A stretch of 64,000 nucleotides of DNA, taken from positions 193,677-257,676 of the forward strand of contig CAVTYV010000004.1 in the NCBI GenBank assembly GCA_963739065.1. Reading direction: 5' to 3'. Source of the stretch: an uncultured Actinomycetes bacterium (GTDB taxonomy: Bacteria; Actinomycetota; Thermoleophilia; Gaiellales; Gaiellaceae). Below, in pieces: positions 37,575 to 47,574 of the stretch. Made by a program: the position numbers and the translations under genes. Positions within the stretch are counted from its first letter, which is position 1. Every line of letters begins with the position of its first letter. The notes under the pieces are model-generated. The model ran no database searches, had not been told where the DNA came from, and worked only from the letters and a program-made list of their open reading frames with translations.

Positions 37575-38411
37575 GTGAAGTTCGAGCACGTGCTGGTAGT
37601 GGGCGCGGGGCAGATGGGCGGCGGCATCGCCCAGGTGCTCGCGGCGTCGGGGCGACGGGTGTCGCTCCACGACGCCGCGCCGGGAGCTGTGGAGCGAGGG
37701 CTCGAGACGATGCGAAAGAGCGTCGAGCGCCTCGCCGCGAAAGGAGCCGAGCTCGACGCGGACGAGGTGCTTCGGCGCGTCGAGCCCGTCGACGACCTCG
37801 TTCCGGCCGACCTCATGATCGAGGCGGTCGTCGAGGACGCTGAGGTGAAGAGGGACATCTTCCGCCGCGCCGACCAGACGCTGCCTCCCGAGGCGATCCT
37901 CGCCTCGAACACGTCCTCGATCCCGATCTCCTCGCTCGCCGAAGAGACGAGTCGTCCCGACAAGGTGATCGGGATGCACTTCTTCAACCCTGTGCCCGTG
38001 ATGGCGCTCGTCGAGGTCGTGAGCACGCCGCAAACGTCTCCGGAGACGCGGGCGGCGGTCGACGAGCTTGCGCAGGAGCTCGGCAAGACCCCGGCTGAGG
38101 CGAACGACTTCCCGGGCTTCGTCTCGAACCGGATCCTCCTGCCGTTCATCAACGAGGCCGTCTGGGCGCTCCACGACGGAGTCGCGGAGCCGGAGGCCAT
38201 CGACACGATCGCGAAGCTCGGCTTCAACCATCCGATGGGGCCGCTCGCCCTCGCCGATCTCATCGGCCTCGACACGTGCGTCGCCATCCTGGAGGTGCTC
38301 CGCGACGGCCTCGGCGACGCGCGCTACGAGCCCTGCCCTCTGCTGCGCGAGCACGTCGCGGCCGGGCGCCTCGGCCGCAAGTCCGGCCAGGGTTTTTACT
38401 CGTACGCGTAA
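37575..38411 (+). CDS. hbd: 3-hydroxyacyl-CoA (3-hydroxybutyryl-CoA) dehydrogenase
   Basis: [24 protein letters not shown] and GFVSNR motifs. GTG start. Confidence 0.9.
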   Translation: MKFEHVLVVGAGQMGGGIAQVLAASGRRVSLHDAAPGAVERGLETMRKSVERLAAKGAELDADEVLRRVEPVDDLVPADLMIEAVVEDAEVKRDIFRRADQTLPPEAILASNTSSIPISSLAEETSRPDKVIGMHFFNPVPVMALVEVVSTPQTSPETRAAVDELAQELGKTPAEANDFPGFVSNRILLPFINEAVWALHDGVAEPEAIDTIAKLGFNHPMGPLALADLIGLDTCVAILEVLRDGLGDARYEPCPLLREHVAAGRLGRKSGQGFYSYA

Positions 38412-38468
38412 CAATCCTCACCTTTTCGCGTGATCCACTCGGGGTCGCCGGAAGCCGATTCCTACGTC

Positions 38469-39167
38469 ATGCGGCGCGGGCTCGCGCTCCTGCTCGTCAC
38501 GGCCGTCGCGGCGGTGGCCGCGGGCTGCTCCGGCGCGGACGCGCAAGAGGCCCAGACGCTGCTCGCGGAGTCGAACGCCGCCTTCGCCCAGGTCCGCTCC
38601 GCCACCTTCACCGCTCGCATCGCGATGACCGGGGGTCCGCAGGAATTCGACATGACGATGAGCGGCGGCGGCTACGCCAAAGGCCGACACGCCGGCGAGT
38701 TCTACGTCGTCGCCACCTCGGACACGCTCCCGTTCCGGGAGCTGACCGCGATCAGCAAATCCGGCCGAGTCGCGATGACCGTCGACGGCACATCGCTCGG
38801 CAACATTCCGGCGCCGCAGCAGACGGACAACCCCATCCAGCTCGTCGACCTCTCCCAGTACGTGAAGGACGTCGAGGTCGAACACGGGAAGCTCATCGAC
38901 GGCGAGTCCATGGCGAAGATCTCGGGTGTGATCGACACGGCCGGCCTCGCCAAGGGCGCACTGGCCGACGTCACGGGGATGGGGGAGAGCGGCATCGATC
39001 TCTCGAAGGCGCTCGGAGACACGCGCGTCGTCTTCTACATCTCCGAGTCGACGCACCTGCCCATGCGCGGGCTCGTAGACGTGCCGATCGAGGTCGCGGG
39101 GCAGAAGATCGAGATGCACCTCGACTTCGCGTACACGTCGTACGACACCAAGATCGACTTTCCCTAG
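38469..39167 (+). CDS. lipoprotein (family not identified)
   Basis: ATG 38469 MRRGLALLLVTAVAAVAAGCSG carries a lipobox. 232 aa. Its last codons and TAG stop lie at the edge of repeat copy B. Confidence 0.65.
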   Translation: MRRGLALLLVTAVAAVAAGCSGADAQEAQTLLAESNAAFAQVRSATFTARIAMTGGPQEFDMTMSGGGYAKGRHAGEFYVVATSDTLPFRELTAISKSGRVAMTVDGTSLGNIPAPQQTDNPIQLVDLSQYVKDVEVEHGKLIDGESMAKISGVIDTAGLAKGALADVTGMGESGIDLSKALGDTRVVFYISESTHLPMRGLVDVPIEVAGQKIEMHLDFAYTSYDTKIDFP

Positions 39168-39314
39168 GAGGGTTTGGCGGAACGTCGCTCGCCGCCGGGA
39201 CGAGACGGTCGTTCCCAGGCAAGGACGCAGGGAGCCCTCGTATCGACGTTAGATACGGGGGCGACCGAGGACGAAGCCTGGGGGCGAGCGGCGCGCCTCC
39301 GGCGGCACAGCCGA
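39165..39314 (+). repeat. copy B of the ~150 nt structured repeat element
   Basis: See copy A. It lies between the lipoprotein stop and the acyl-CoA dehydrogenase start (39377). Confidence 0.8.
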
Positions 39315-39376
39315 GTTTCGTCATGCCCTCTTACGAGACGGGAGGGCGGGCGGCCGCCTCTATACTCGCCGCCGGG

Positions 39377-40528
39377 ATGGACTTCGAGCTCTCGCCCGAA
39401 CAGCTCGAGATTCGGGGGCTTGCGCGGGACTTCGCCGCGGCAGAGATCGAGCCCCACGCGGCCGACTGGGATCGGGAGCATCGCTTCCCGAGCGACCTAC
39501 TCGTGCAACTTGCCGAGCTGGGCCTCATGGGCGTCTGCGTTCCAGAGGAGCTCGGTGGGGCCGGCGCCGACTTTCTCTCCTACATCCTCGTGCTCGAGGA
39601 GCTTTCGCGCGGCGACGCCGGCATCGGCGTCACGGTCGCCGTCCACACCAGCGCCGGAACCCTTCCGATCGTCGCGCACGGAACTCCCGAGCAGCAGGCC
39701 GAACACGTCCCTCCACTCGCGCGTGGAGAGAAGCTCGGAGCCTTCGCGCTGACAGAGCCGGAAGCCGGCTCCGACGCCGCGTCGCTGCGCACCCGCGCCG
39801 AGGCCGACGGCGACGGGTGGCTGATCACCGGCACCAAGCGCTGGATAACGAACGGCGGCGGGCGGGGGACGTTCGTCCTCTTCGCCCGCACCGACGCCGG
39901 CATCTCGTGCTTCCTCGTCGACGGCGGCGCCGATGGTGTCGAGATCGCCCGCGAGGAGGAGAAGCTCGGTTTGAACTCGAGCTCCACCGTGGATCTCGCC
40001 CTCGACGGCGTTCGCGTCGGCCCGGCCCAACTGTTGGGCAAGGACGGCAAGGGGTTCACGATCGCCATGCAGACCCTGGACGGTGGGCGCATCGGCATCG
40101 CGGCCCAGGCACTCGGCATCGCCCAGGCGGCCTACGAGGTGGCGCGGTCGTACGCGCTCGAGCGCCGCCAGTTCGGCAAGCGCATCGCCGAGTTCCAGGC
40201 GATCCAGTGGAAGCTCGCCGACATGGCGACTGAGATCGAGGCGGCTCGGGGGCTCGTCTACCGGGCTGCCGCGCTCCGGGACGCCGGCGAGCCCCATGCC
40301 GAAGCCGGGGCGATGGCAAAGCTCTTCGCCTCGGGTGTCGCGCGCCGCCAGACGGCCGAGGCGATCCAGGTGCTCGGCGGCGCGGGGTACACAAAGGATT
40401 TCCCGGTGGAGCGCTACTACCGCGACGCCAAGATCACGGAGATCTATGAGGGGACAAGCGAGATCCAGCGCCTCGTCATCGCGCGCTCGATCCTCGGGCT
40501 GAAAGGCCGTGAGAAGGTAACCGCGTGA
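39377..40528 (+). CDS. acyl-CoA dehydrogenase (short/butyryl-CoA type)
   Basis: MDFELSPEQLEIRGLARDFA, FALTEPEAGSDAAS and YRDAKITEIYEGTSEIQRLVIAR. ATG 39377 is preferred over the much longer track ORF. Confidence 0.9.
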   Translation: MDFELSPEQLEIRGLARDFAAAEIEPHAADWDREHRFPSDLLVQLAELGLMGVCVPEELGGAGADFLSYILVLEELSRGDAGIGVTVAVHTSAGTLPIVAHGTPEQQAEHVPPLARGEKLGAFALTEPEAGSDAASLRTRAEADGDGWLITGTKRWITNGGGRGTFVLFARTDAGISCFLVDGGADGVEIAREEEKLGLNSSSTVDLALDGVRVGPAQLLGKDGKGFTIAMQTLDGGRIGIAAQALGIAQAAYEVARSYALERRQFGKRIAEFQAIQWKLADMATEIEAARGLVYRAAALRDAGEPHAEAGAMAKLFASGVARRQTAEAIQVLGGAGYTKDFPVERYYRDAKITEIYEGTSEIQRLVIARSILGLKGREKVTA

Positions 40529-41100
40529 GGAAGCGAAGCGAGCCCGTACGCCTCACCCGCATCTACACGCGCGGGGGAGACGCCGGCGAGACGAGCCTGG
40601 GGGACGGTCGGCGCGTTCCCAAGACCGATCCGCGCATCGAGGCCTACGGCACCGTCGACGAGCTGAACTCGGTGCTCGGGCTCGTCCTCGCCTCGCCCGA
40701 GCTGCCGGACGAGTTCCGGCCCTGGCTCGAGCAGGTGCAGAACGACCTCTTCGACGTCGGCGCCGATCTCTGCGTCCCCCTCGAAGACAAGCGCGAGCGC
40801 CTGCGTATCGATCCCGCGCAGGTGGGGCGGCTCGAGGCGCTTTGCGACCTCGTCAACGCGCGCCTGGAGCCGCTGAAGAGCTTCATCCTGCCCGGCGGCG
40901 GCGAGGCCGCCTCGCGCCTCCACGTCGCGCGCACGGTCTGCCGCCGGGCCGAACGGGCGGCAGTGGCGCAGGCCGAAGCGGAGGACGCGAACCCCGTGGC
41001 CCTCGCGTATCTCAATCGCCTCTCGGATCTGCTCTTCATCCTCGCGCGCGCCTCAGCGGTCGGCGACGAGCCACTCTGGAAGCCTGGGAGCTCCTCCTAG
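40525..41100 (+). CDS. ATP:cob(I)alamin adenosyltransferase, PduO type
   Basis: IYTRGGDAGETSL and TVDELNSVLG are typical of the PduO/MMAB family. The GTG overlaps the upstream stop (GTGA). Confidence 0.85.
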   Translation: MRKRSEPVRLTRIYTRGGDAGETSLGDGRRVPKTDPRIEAYGTVDELNSVLGLVLASPELPDEFRPWLEQVQNDLFDVGADLCVPLEDKRERLRIDPAQVGRLEALCDLVNARLEPLKSFILPGGGEAASRLHVARTVCRRAERAAVAQAEAEDANPVALAYLNRLSDLLFILARASAVGDEPLWKPGSSS

Positions 41101-41819
41101 CCGGCGCGGCCTCCTTCGCGACCGCGTTCCTCGGCGGCGCGATCGGCCTCGTCCTCGGCAGCCTGCGTCTACCGGCGCTCCTCCTCGCCGCGACGAGCCC
41201 CGCGGCTGCGGCCGGGACGAACATCGCCGTCAGCGCCTCGGCCGCGCTCACCGCCGGCGCCACCCACGCCCGAGCCGGTCGCGTCGACTGGAGGATCGCC
41301 GCCTGGATGACACCTCCGTCGGTCGCGGCCGCCTTCCTCGGCGGCTACTTCGGCGGGCTCCTGCCGGAAGGGCTCCTGCTCGCGGCGATCGCGGCGCTGC
41401 TCGCCTGGAACGGCGCCCAGCTCCTGCTCGAGCTGGGGACGCCGCGCCGGGCCCGGCGCCCGCATCTCGCCGCAGCCCTCGCCGGCGCGGCGATCGGGCT
41501 TATCGGCGGCGCGGTCGGCCTCATCCTCGGCACCCTGCGGATGCCCGCACTGCTCGGAAGCGTCGGCCTGGATGCCTACCGGGCCGTGGGGACGAATCTC
41601 TTCGTCGGGTTCTTCCTGGGCGTCTTCGGATTCGCCGGCCATGCGATTCGGATGGAGGTCGACTGGGTGCTGCTCGCGGTTTGCGTAGCCGCGACCGTTC
41701 CCGCTGCGTGGCTCGGCGCTCGTTTGACCGGGAGGCTCTCGGAGCGCGCCGTGCGCCGCTGGCTCGGAGTTGCACTGATCGCGGTTGCCGTCGCGATCGC
41801 GCTTGCGGCCGCGCTCTAG
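41076..41819 (+). CDS. TauE/SafE family (sulfite exporter-like) membrane protein, start uncertain
   Basis: Two-fold repeated GGAIGLVLGSLRLPALL / GGAVGLILGTLRMPALL motifs in a hydrophobic protein. No ATG/GTG/TTG is available near the first TM, so CTG 41076 is the nearest candidate. Confidence 0.7.
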   Translation: MEAWELLLAGAASFATAFLGGAIGLVLGSLRLPALLLAATSPAAAAGTNIAVSASAALTAGATHARAGRVDWRIAAWMTPPSVAAAFLGGYFGGLLPEGLLLAAIAALLAWNGAQLLLELGTPRRARRPHLAAALAGAAIGLIGGAVGLILGTLRMPALLGSVGLDAYRAVGTNLFVGFFLGVFGFAGHAIRMEVDWVLLAVCVAATVPAAWLGARLTGRLSERAVRRWLGVALIAVAVAIALAAAL

Positions 41820-41822
41820 TAG

Positions 41823-44529
41823 CTAGCGCCCGCGTGACGCGGCGGAAGCGACTGGCTCACCGTGTGCATGAGGCGCTGATCCCAGAACAGGATCGGGCTC
41901 GACGTTTCCCGCCGTGACGTTGCGGGGGAGACGCGGCTTGCGGGCGCGCAGCGCCATTGCGCCGGCCGCGACGAACGCGCCGCCGAGGAGGGTGAGACCG
42001 AGCCAGTCGGCGCAACGGTGAGGAGCTGTCTTCGCCCGCCGTGAAGCTCTGCGGCTGCACTTCGCCCGAGCCGCCCGAGCTTTCCGTTCCATCCGACCCG
42101 GTCGCCGGAGTCAGCGGGGTGCCGCCGGTCGTGCCTCCGGTCGTTCCTCCGGTCGTGGCCCGAGGTGGGGCCGGGAGTCGGTGCACCGCCGTTGTAGGAA
42201 GGCCCCGGATAGGTCGGCCCACCAGAGGTGGTCCCTGATCCGAACCCGCCGCCGGCCGGCGGCGGAGGAGTCGTGCCGCCCCTGCTGGCGGGCCCGCGGG
42301 AAACCGTTAGGCCGATCGCGGCACCCTTCAGCGCCACGCCCGAGCGCGAGCTCAGGACGAGCCCGGCGCCGACCGTTGCGGAGTAGGAGTAGCGCACCGC
42401 GCCGGTGCGAAGTCCGCGGGCGGTCAGGCGAGCCTTCGCCGCAGCCGGGGTCAGCTTCTGCACGGCGGGGACGATCACGAGCGCGCGGGTCTTGGGCCCG
42501 ACGTTGCCGGCCGCGTCGCGCGCCGCGAGCTGGAAGGCCCGGGAATCCGAGGTCTTGAAGGCGCCCATGTTGGCGGAGCGCTTGGATCCCGCCAAGGTCT
42601 TGACCACGGATCCGTTCGCGTAGACGAGGTACGCGTCGACGACGCCGCTGTTGTCCGTGGCCGCCTTCCACTTGAGGACGAGGTGGCGGTTCCGGTTCGT
42701 GCCGGAGAACTTCCGAGGCTTGGTGGGCACCCTGACGTCCTTGAGGAGGCTGAAGGAGGAGAGGTGCTTCGTGAGGATGTGGACGTTCGACCCGGACTTG
42801 TAGAAGCCGTCGACCCAGCCGCTCGGGAGGCTCGTGCCGCTCGGGATGCGGGCGATCGTCCGCCAGGCACCGCTTTCGAACGTGGCGGGCACGACGTTCG
42901 CTGCGCCCGGGATGGTCAGGTCGAGGGCCTTCGAGAAGGTGTGCACCGCAGTGCCCGCGAGCGCCCAATGCGCCGAGACGTCGTAGATGTCGCCCGCAGT
43001 CTCGAACCCGCCCGGCACGGTCGCCGGCGGCCGCGGGTCGATCCGGATGACGAGCCAGTCGCCGCTCGGTGCGCCGCTCCACGCTCCCGACGGGACGTTG
43101 ATCTGGCCCTCGCCGCTCGTCGCCGTCAGCGACGTCAGCCGACTCCAGGGAACGAGTTCTTCTCGATCCACGGGTAATCGGCCGCGGCGAGGCTCCAGAC
43201 CGTGAAGTGGACTGCAATCGCATGCGCGGTTGCCCGCCGCATCCTCGAGCTCGCCGGTGAACGTGTGCGGCCCGTCCGCGAAGGCGGCGGTGTAGGTGGC
43301 GGTCCCGCCGAGCGAGGAGCGGGGCCGGGGCGGCCGAGCCGTCGAGGGTCGCATTGGCGATGCCGGCAGAGGTTCTCGTCCGCGACGATGGCCAGGGACC
43401 CGGCGGCGGCCACGAGCTCGCCGTCGGCGGGCACAGAGGAGGTCAGCGAGGGAGCCGTGTTGTCGACCGTGACCGTTCGCACGGGCGAGTTCGCGGGGTT
43501 GCCCGCGTTGTCGGTCGCCCGGGCACGGAGGTCGTAGCTGCCGTCGGCAACCCCGGTCGTGTTCCAGCTCGTGGCGATCGTCGTCCAGATGCCGGCGCCC
43601 GCAGGCGAGCGCTGGACGATGAGGCTGGCGACTCCAGAGCCGCTGCCGTCGTCTGCCGAGGGGCTCAGGGTCACGGTGCCGCGCAGGGGCGAGCCGGGGT
43701 CGGCCAGAGAGACGTTCGGCGCGGTCGCGTCGATCGTCCACGCGGCGCTGTCGGGCGTCGCGTCCGTGTTGGCCGAGCCGTCGGTGGCGCGAACGTCGAA
43801 GGTGTGGGCGCCGTCCGCGAGGCCGGTGAAGGTGGCAGGGCTCGAGCAGGAGGCGAACGCCGCGCCGTCCACCGAGCACTCGAAGGTGCTGCCGGACTCG
43901 TCGGAGGTGAACGCGAAGGTCGCATCCGGGACTCGCCGAGAGGGCGGGCGGGCCCGACGTGATCGTCGTCTCGGGCGGGTCGAGGTCGGCGGCGTTGTTG
44001 ACCGCTGCTCCAGTCGAACTGGACGCTCACCGCGGAGCCCTGGTACGCGTTCTCCGACGCCGGGGCCGGCGTCGGGGAAGAAGACGCGGAACTCGTAGAC
44101 GCGGGCCGCTCCGGCCGTCAGCGTTCCGAGCGCGACCGGCGTGAGCGCGTCGATCTTGCCGTTGTAGACGACGACTGGGGAGCCGGGGGCCGTCACGTCG
44201 CGAATGCGTAGGTCGAGCTCACCGGAGAGGACGCCGCCGCCGCCGCCCGGCGTGTCGACCAGGTTGGAAGTGGAGAGCGAGAGGTCGCCTTCGAGCGTGC
44301 CGGTGTTCCCGAGCGTCACGGTGTCGGTGACGGAGTCGCCCGGCCGCATCCCGCCGAGCGAGAGGATGGCGGCGCCTTCCTTGTCGTTGGAGAGGGTCAG
44401 CGAGCCGCCGGGGCCCGCAGCGAGCTCGAGCTGTGCGCGAGAAGGCTGCTGGCCGCCCGAGAGGACGGCCAGGCAGATCGCGACGATCACGACGGCGAGG
44501 ACTTCGAGTCTGAGGAAGATGCGTCGCAT
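41823..44529 (-). pseudogene. giant surface protein 2: TasA-like N-domain + Ig-like + FN3-like + PASTA-like + C-terminal anchor, many frame breaks
   Basis: ATG 44529 (MRRIFLRLEVLAVVIVAICLAV) lies 2 nt after the upstream TAG. The N-domain parallels the TasA-like protein at 47575-48135 (GMRPGDSVTDTVTLGNTGTLEG, YEFRVFFPDAG, SVQFDW). It is followed by PPETTITSGP...TFECSVDGAAF...HTFDVRATD and one 96-aa Ig-like unit. Then come FN3-like LVLKWKAATDNSG, PASTA-like LTARGLRTGAV...GLTVSRGP, a G/T/P linker, and a hydrophobic segment plus RARKPR. By my reading at least eight frame changes are needed (near 44050, 44000, 43950, four in 43400-43140, and 42190-42030). Confidence 0.6.
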
Positions 44530-44531
44530 TC

Positions 44532-46884
44532 CTAGAACTCCGCGTCCACCGGAGGGGAGGTCTCGAGGCAGGTCACCGTCGTGATCGCGTTGCCAGCGAT
44601 GTCCGTGAGGGCCGCTGCGACCGGCCAGCTCGGTCTGTCCCGTGGTGCCGGCCTGGGTGAACTGGGGCTTGTCGGGGGCGCCGAGCGTCAGCGTGACCGT
44701 CGTCCCGCTCTGAGCGATCGTCGAGTTCGAGAAGACGACGGCCTTACCGTTCTGGATGTAGCCCGTGCCGCCGAGCGTGATGAACCCGTTGACGAGCGTC
44801 GCGCCGGTGATGGAGAGGTGGTTGCCGGTGTCCATCGTCACCGTCACGTTCTGCGTGCCGGTGCCGTTCCAGCCGGCGACGATCGTGCCGGGGGCAATCT
44901 GCTCGCTGAAGGTGAAGACGAGGGTGTCGCCCTGCTGCGGCTGCCCGGGCGTCGTGCCGGTGACGCCGGTCTGGACGTTCGTCGCCGTCGGCGCCGTGTT
45001 GTCGACGACTCGGTTCGAGACTGTCGAGGAGTTGGTGGCGTTGCCGGCGTTGTCGGTCGTGACCGCGCGGAGGTCGTAGCCGCCGTCGGAGACGCCGGTC
45101 GTGTTCCACGAGCAGGAGTAGGGGCTGGTGGCGTCGGTGCAGATCGTCGTCCACGTCGATGTGCCGGTCGGCGCGCGCTGGATGGCGACGTTGAGGACGC
45201 CGGAGCCGGCGTCCGTGCCCGTCGCGTTGAGCGTGACGGTCTGGCGGAGCGGCGAGCCGGGGTCGGTCAGGCCGGCCGTCGGCGCCGTGTTGTCGACGCG
45301 GCGGTTCGTCGACCGTGGAGGAGGTCGTCGTGTTCCCCGCGTTGTCCGTGGTAATAGCGCGGAGGTCATAGAGGCCGTCGGTGACTCGCGGTCGTGTCCA
45401 AGGCGCAGCAGTAGGGCGACGTGGCGTCGGTGCAGATGTCAGTCCACGTTCCGGCGCCGGCCGGCGAGCGCTGCATCTTCACGCTGGCGACCCCGGAGCC
45501 GCCGTCGGTACCCGTGGCGCCGACAGGTGACGGTCGGATGCAGAGGCGTGCCCGGATCCGTGAGGCCGGCGGTGGGAGCCGTGTTATCGACGCGCCGGTT
45601 CGTCACGGTCGACGAGGTCGTCGTCTTGGCCACGTTGTCCGTCGCGATCGCGCGCAGGTCGTAGAGCCCGTCGGAGACGGCCGTCGTGTTCCACGAGCAC
45701 TGGAAGGGCGAAGTCGTGTCGGTGCAGATGTCCGTCCAGGTGCCCGCACCGGCGGGGGAGCGCTGGATCTTGACGTTCGCGACGCCGGAGCCTGCGCCGT
45801 CGCCCGCTGTCGCGTCGACGGTGATCGTGCCCTTGAGGTACTGGCCTGGATCCGTCACGGAGACGGTCGGAGCGGTGTTGTCGACGATCGCGCCCGAGTA
45901 GACGGTCGAGTTGGCCGTGTTGCCCGCGTTGTCCGTGGCGACCGAGCGGAAGTCGTACTGGCCGTCGGCGAGCCCGGTCGTGTCGTAGGAGCACGAGTAG
46001 GGCGACGTCGTATCGGAGCACATGTCGCTCCAGGTGTTCAGCCCGGTCGGGGAGGACTGGAACTTGAGGGAGGCGACGCCCGAGCCGCCGTCGCTCGCCG
46101 TGCCGTCGAAGCTCTTGTTCCCGGTGATGGGCGAGCCCGGATTCGTCATCGTCGCCGTCGGGGCGGTGTTATCGACGCGCCGGTTGGTGACGGTCGAGGA
46201 GTTCGTCGAGTTGCCCGCGTTGTCGGTCGAGACGGAGCGGAGGTCGTAGAGCCCGTCGGAGACGGCCGTCGTGTCCCACGAGCACGAGTAGGGGGAGCTC
46301 GCATCGGTGCAGATGTCAGTCCAGGTTCCGGCGCCTGCCGGCGAGCGCTGCACCTTCACGTTGGCAACGCCCGATCCGCCGTCCGTGCCGGTCGCGCTGA
46401 CACTGACCGTTCCCTTGAGGGGCGTGCCCGGGTCGGTGATTCCGGCCGTGGGTGCCGTGTTGTCGACGCGGCGGTTCGTCACCGCCGTCGAGGTTGCGGA
46501 GCCGCCGGCGTCGTTCTGGACGAAGGCCCGGAAGTCGTACAGCCCGTCCGTGACGGTCGTGCTGTCCCAGGAGCAGGAGTAGGGCGACGTCGAGTCGGTG
46601 CACGCCGTCGTCCAGGTGCCCGCGCCCGCTGGGGACTTCTGAATCGTCACGAGCGTGATCGAGGAGCCGTCCCCTCCGTCCGAGGCTGTGGCCTGGAGCG
46701 TGGCCGTCGCGTGGAGGTTCGTTCCCGGATCCGTCATCGTCGCGCTGAGGTTGAAGGCGTTCGAAGCCGTGAAGCTGTTCCCCGAATTGGCGCTGGCCGC
46801 GGTGAACGCGGCCCCGGAGAACGTGACGCCAGCCACGACGAGAGCCGCGACCGCGAGGAACGATGCGAGGGCGCGAAGCCTCAC
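44532..46884 (-). pseudogene. giant surface protein 1: SipW-type signal peptide + six tandem ~96-aa Ig-like repeats + C-terminal domain, frame breaks in the 3' half
   Basis: The N-terminus MRLRALASFLAVAALVVAGVTFSGAAFTAASANSGNSFTA is TasA-class signal-like. Repeats fit VDNTAPTxxxTDPGxPLxGTVxxxATGxDxGSGVANVKxQRSPAGAGTWTDICTDxxSPYSCSWxTTxVxDGLYDLRxxxTDNAGN. The gene is intact from 46884 to about 45560. About four frame changes are then needed at 45300-45530 and one near 44600, before TAG 44532-44534. Confidence 0.65.
45006..46749 (-). repeat. tandem array of six ~288-bp coding repeats (Ig-like modules)
   Basis: Protein-level periodicity is seen in the track ORFs 45439-46884 and 43135-45369. The units are divergent at nucleotide level but share conserved blocks. 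Confidence 0.7.
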
Positions 46885-47552
46885 GAACGAGCCTCCGGAG
46901 CCGTCGCAGCCTTGCGCACGTCACGGCGGAAGCCGACGAGCACTGCGAAGGCGATCAGGAGTGCCGGCAGACCGATCAGCACCATCCGGACCTGGCGGAT
47001 CGCCAGGGCGGAGAGCACGTAGCCGACGTAGGGAACATGGAAAGCGACGCGAGCCTGTGTGGCTCCGTCGAGGGTGAACGTCCAGGGATCGGCCGACTCG
47101 TTGGCGTCGCCCTTCGTGCGAAGGGCCTGCCGGCCGAGCTGATCGGAGCCGATCCAGACGATCCGGTGCGTGATGCGGCCGCTCGGGCCGGAGCCCGCAG
47201 GCGGCGTGTAGGTGATGGCGTCGCCGACGCGGAGGTCGGAGACGGGAACCACCTTGTCGAAGACGACTGAGCCGCGGTCGTACGTGCCCGTCATCGAGCC
47301 GCTCGTGATGACGTACCGCTGGTAGCCGAGGAGTCCCGGCAGGAGCATGAGCCCCGCAAGACCCAGGCAGGCCGCACAGAGGGCGGTCGCCAGAGCCGTG
47401 CCGAGCCGCTTCCGCGGGTTCCTCGGCTCCCAGCGGTAGTGATAGTCGTACGCCGTCTTTGTCGTCATCGACGTCTCCTCTTCAGGCTTCGGAGTGGTGA
47501 GCACCGGTTGTCCGGTGGAGGCGGGGCCGCCGAATTGCGGCCCCGACGCCAT
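46881..47552 (-). CDS. sipW: signal peptidase I, SipW/archaeal-ER type (S26B)
   Basis: ITSGSMTGTYDRGSVVF (Ser box), ITHRIV (His box), TKGDAN, an N-terminal TM and an extra C-terminal TM. It overlaps the downstream gene by 4 nt. Confidence 0.8.
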   Translation of the reverse strand: MASGPQFGGPASTGQPVLTTPKPEEETSMTTKTAYDYHYRWEPRNPRKRLGTALATALCAACLGLAGLMLLPGLLGYQRYVITSGSMTGTYDRGSVVFDKVVPVSDLRVGDAITYTPPAGSGPSGRITHRIVWIGSDQLGRQALRTKGDANESADPWTFTLDGATQARVAFHVPYVGYVLSALAIRQVRMVLIGLPALLIAFAVLVGFRRDVRKAATAPEARS

Positions 47553-47574
47553 TGCTCAATGGTCCGATCCGCCC

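Noticed and set aside
17979-39314. The two inverted 150-nt repeats as ends of a 21-kb composite transposon or invertible segment
   Set aside because: The enclosed DNA is ordinary core metabolism (carboxylase, trp operon, thiolase, hbd). No transposase, integrase or invertase is present. The repeats abut stop codons of unrelated genes, which fits a small dispersed element better.
39174-39752. 192-aa ORF starting inside repeat copy B (and the matching 17923-18228 ORF for copy A)
   Set aside because: The frame is open in both copies, but the translation is Arg-rich and low-complexity. It runs out of frame into the acyl-CoA dehydrogenase. The substitutions fit RNA pairing better than codon constraint (2 synonymous and 2 non-synonymous).
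41990-42040. Sortase LPXTG-type sorting signal at the end of surface protein 2
   Set aside because: A hydrophobic segment plus RARKPR is present, but the only nearby candidate motif (VAPTG) is non-canonical and in a different frame. No sortase gene is in the window. It is therefore reported only as a C-terminal anchor.
45006-46749. Regular periodicity that might suggest a CRISPR or satellite array
   Set aside because: The period is about 288 bp, with no short direct repeats or spacers. It lies entirely within one coding frame encoding Ig-like modules.
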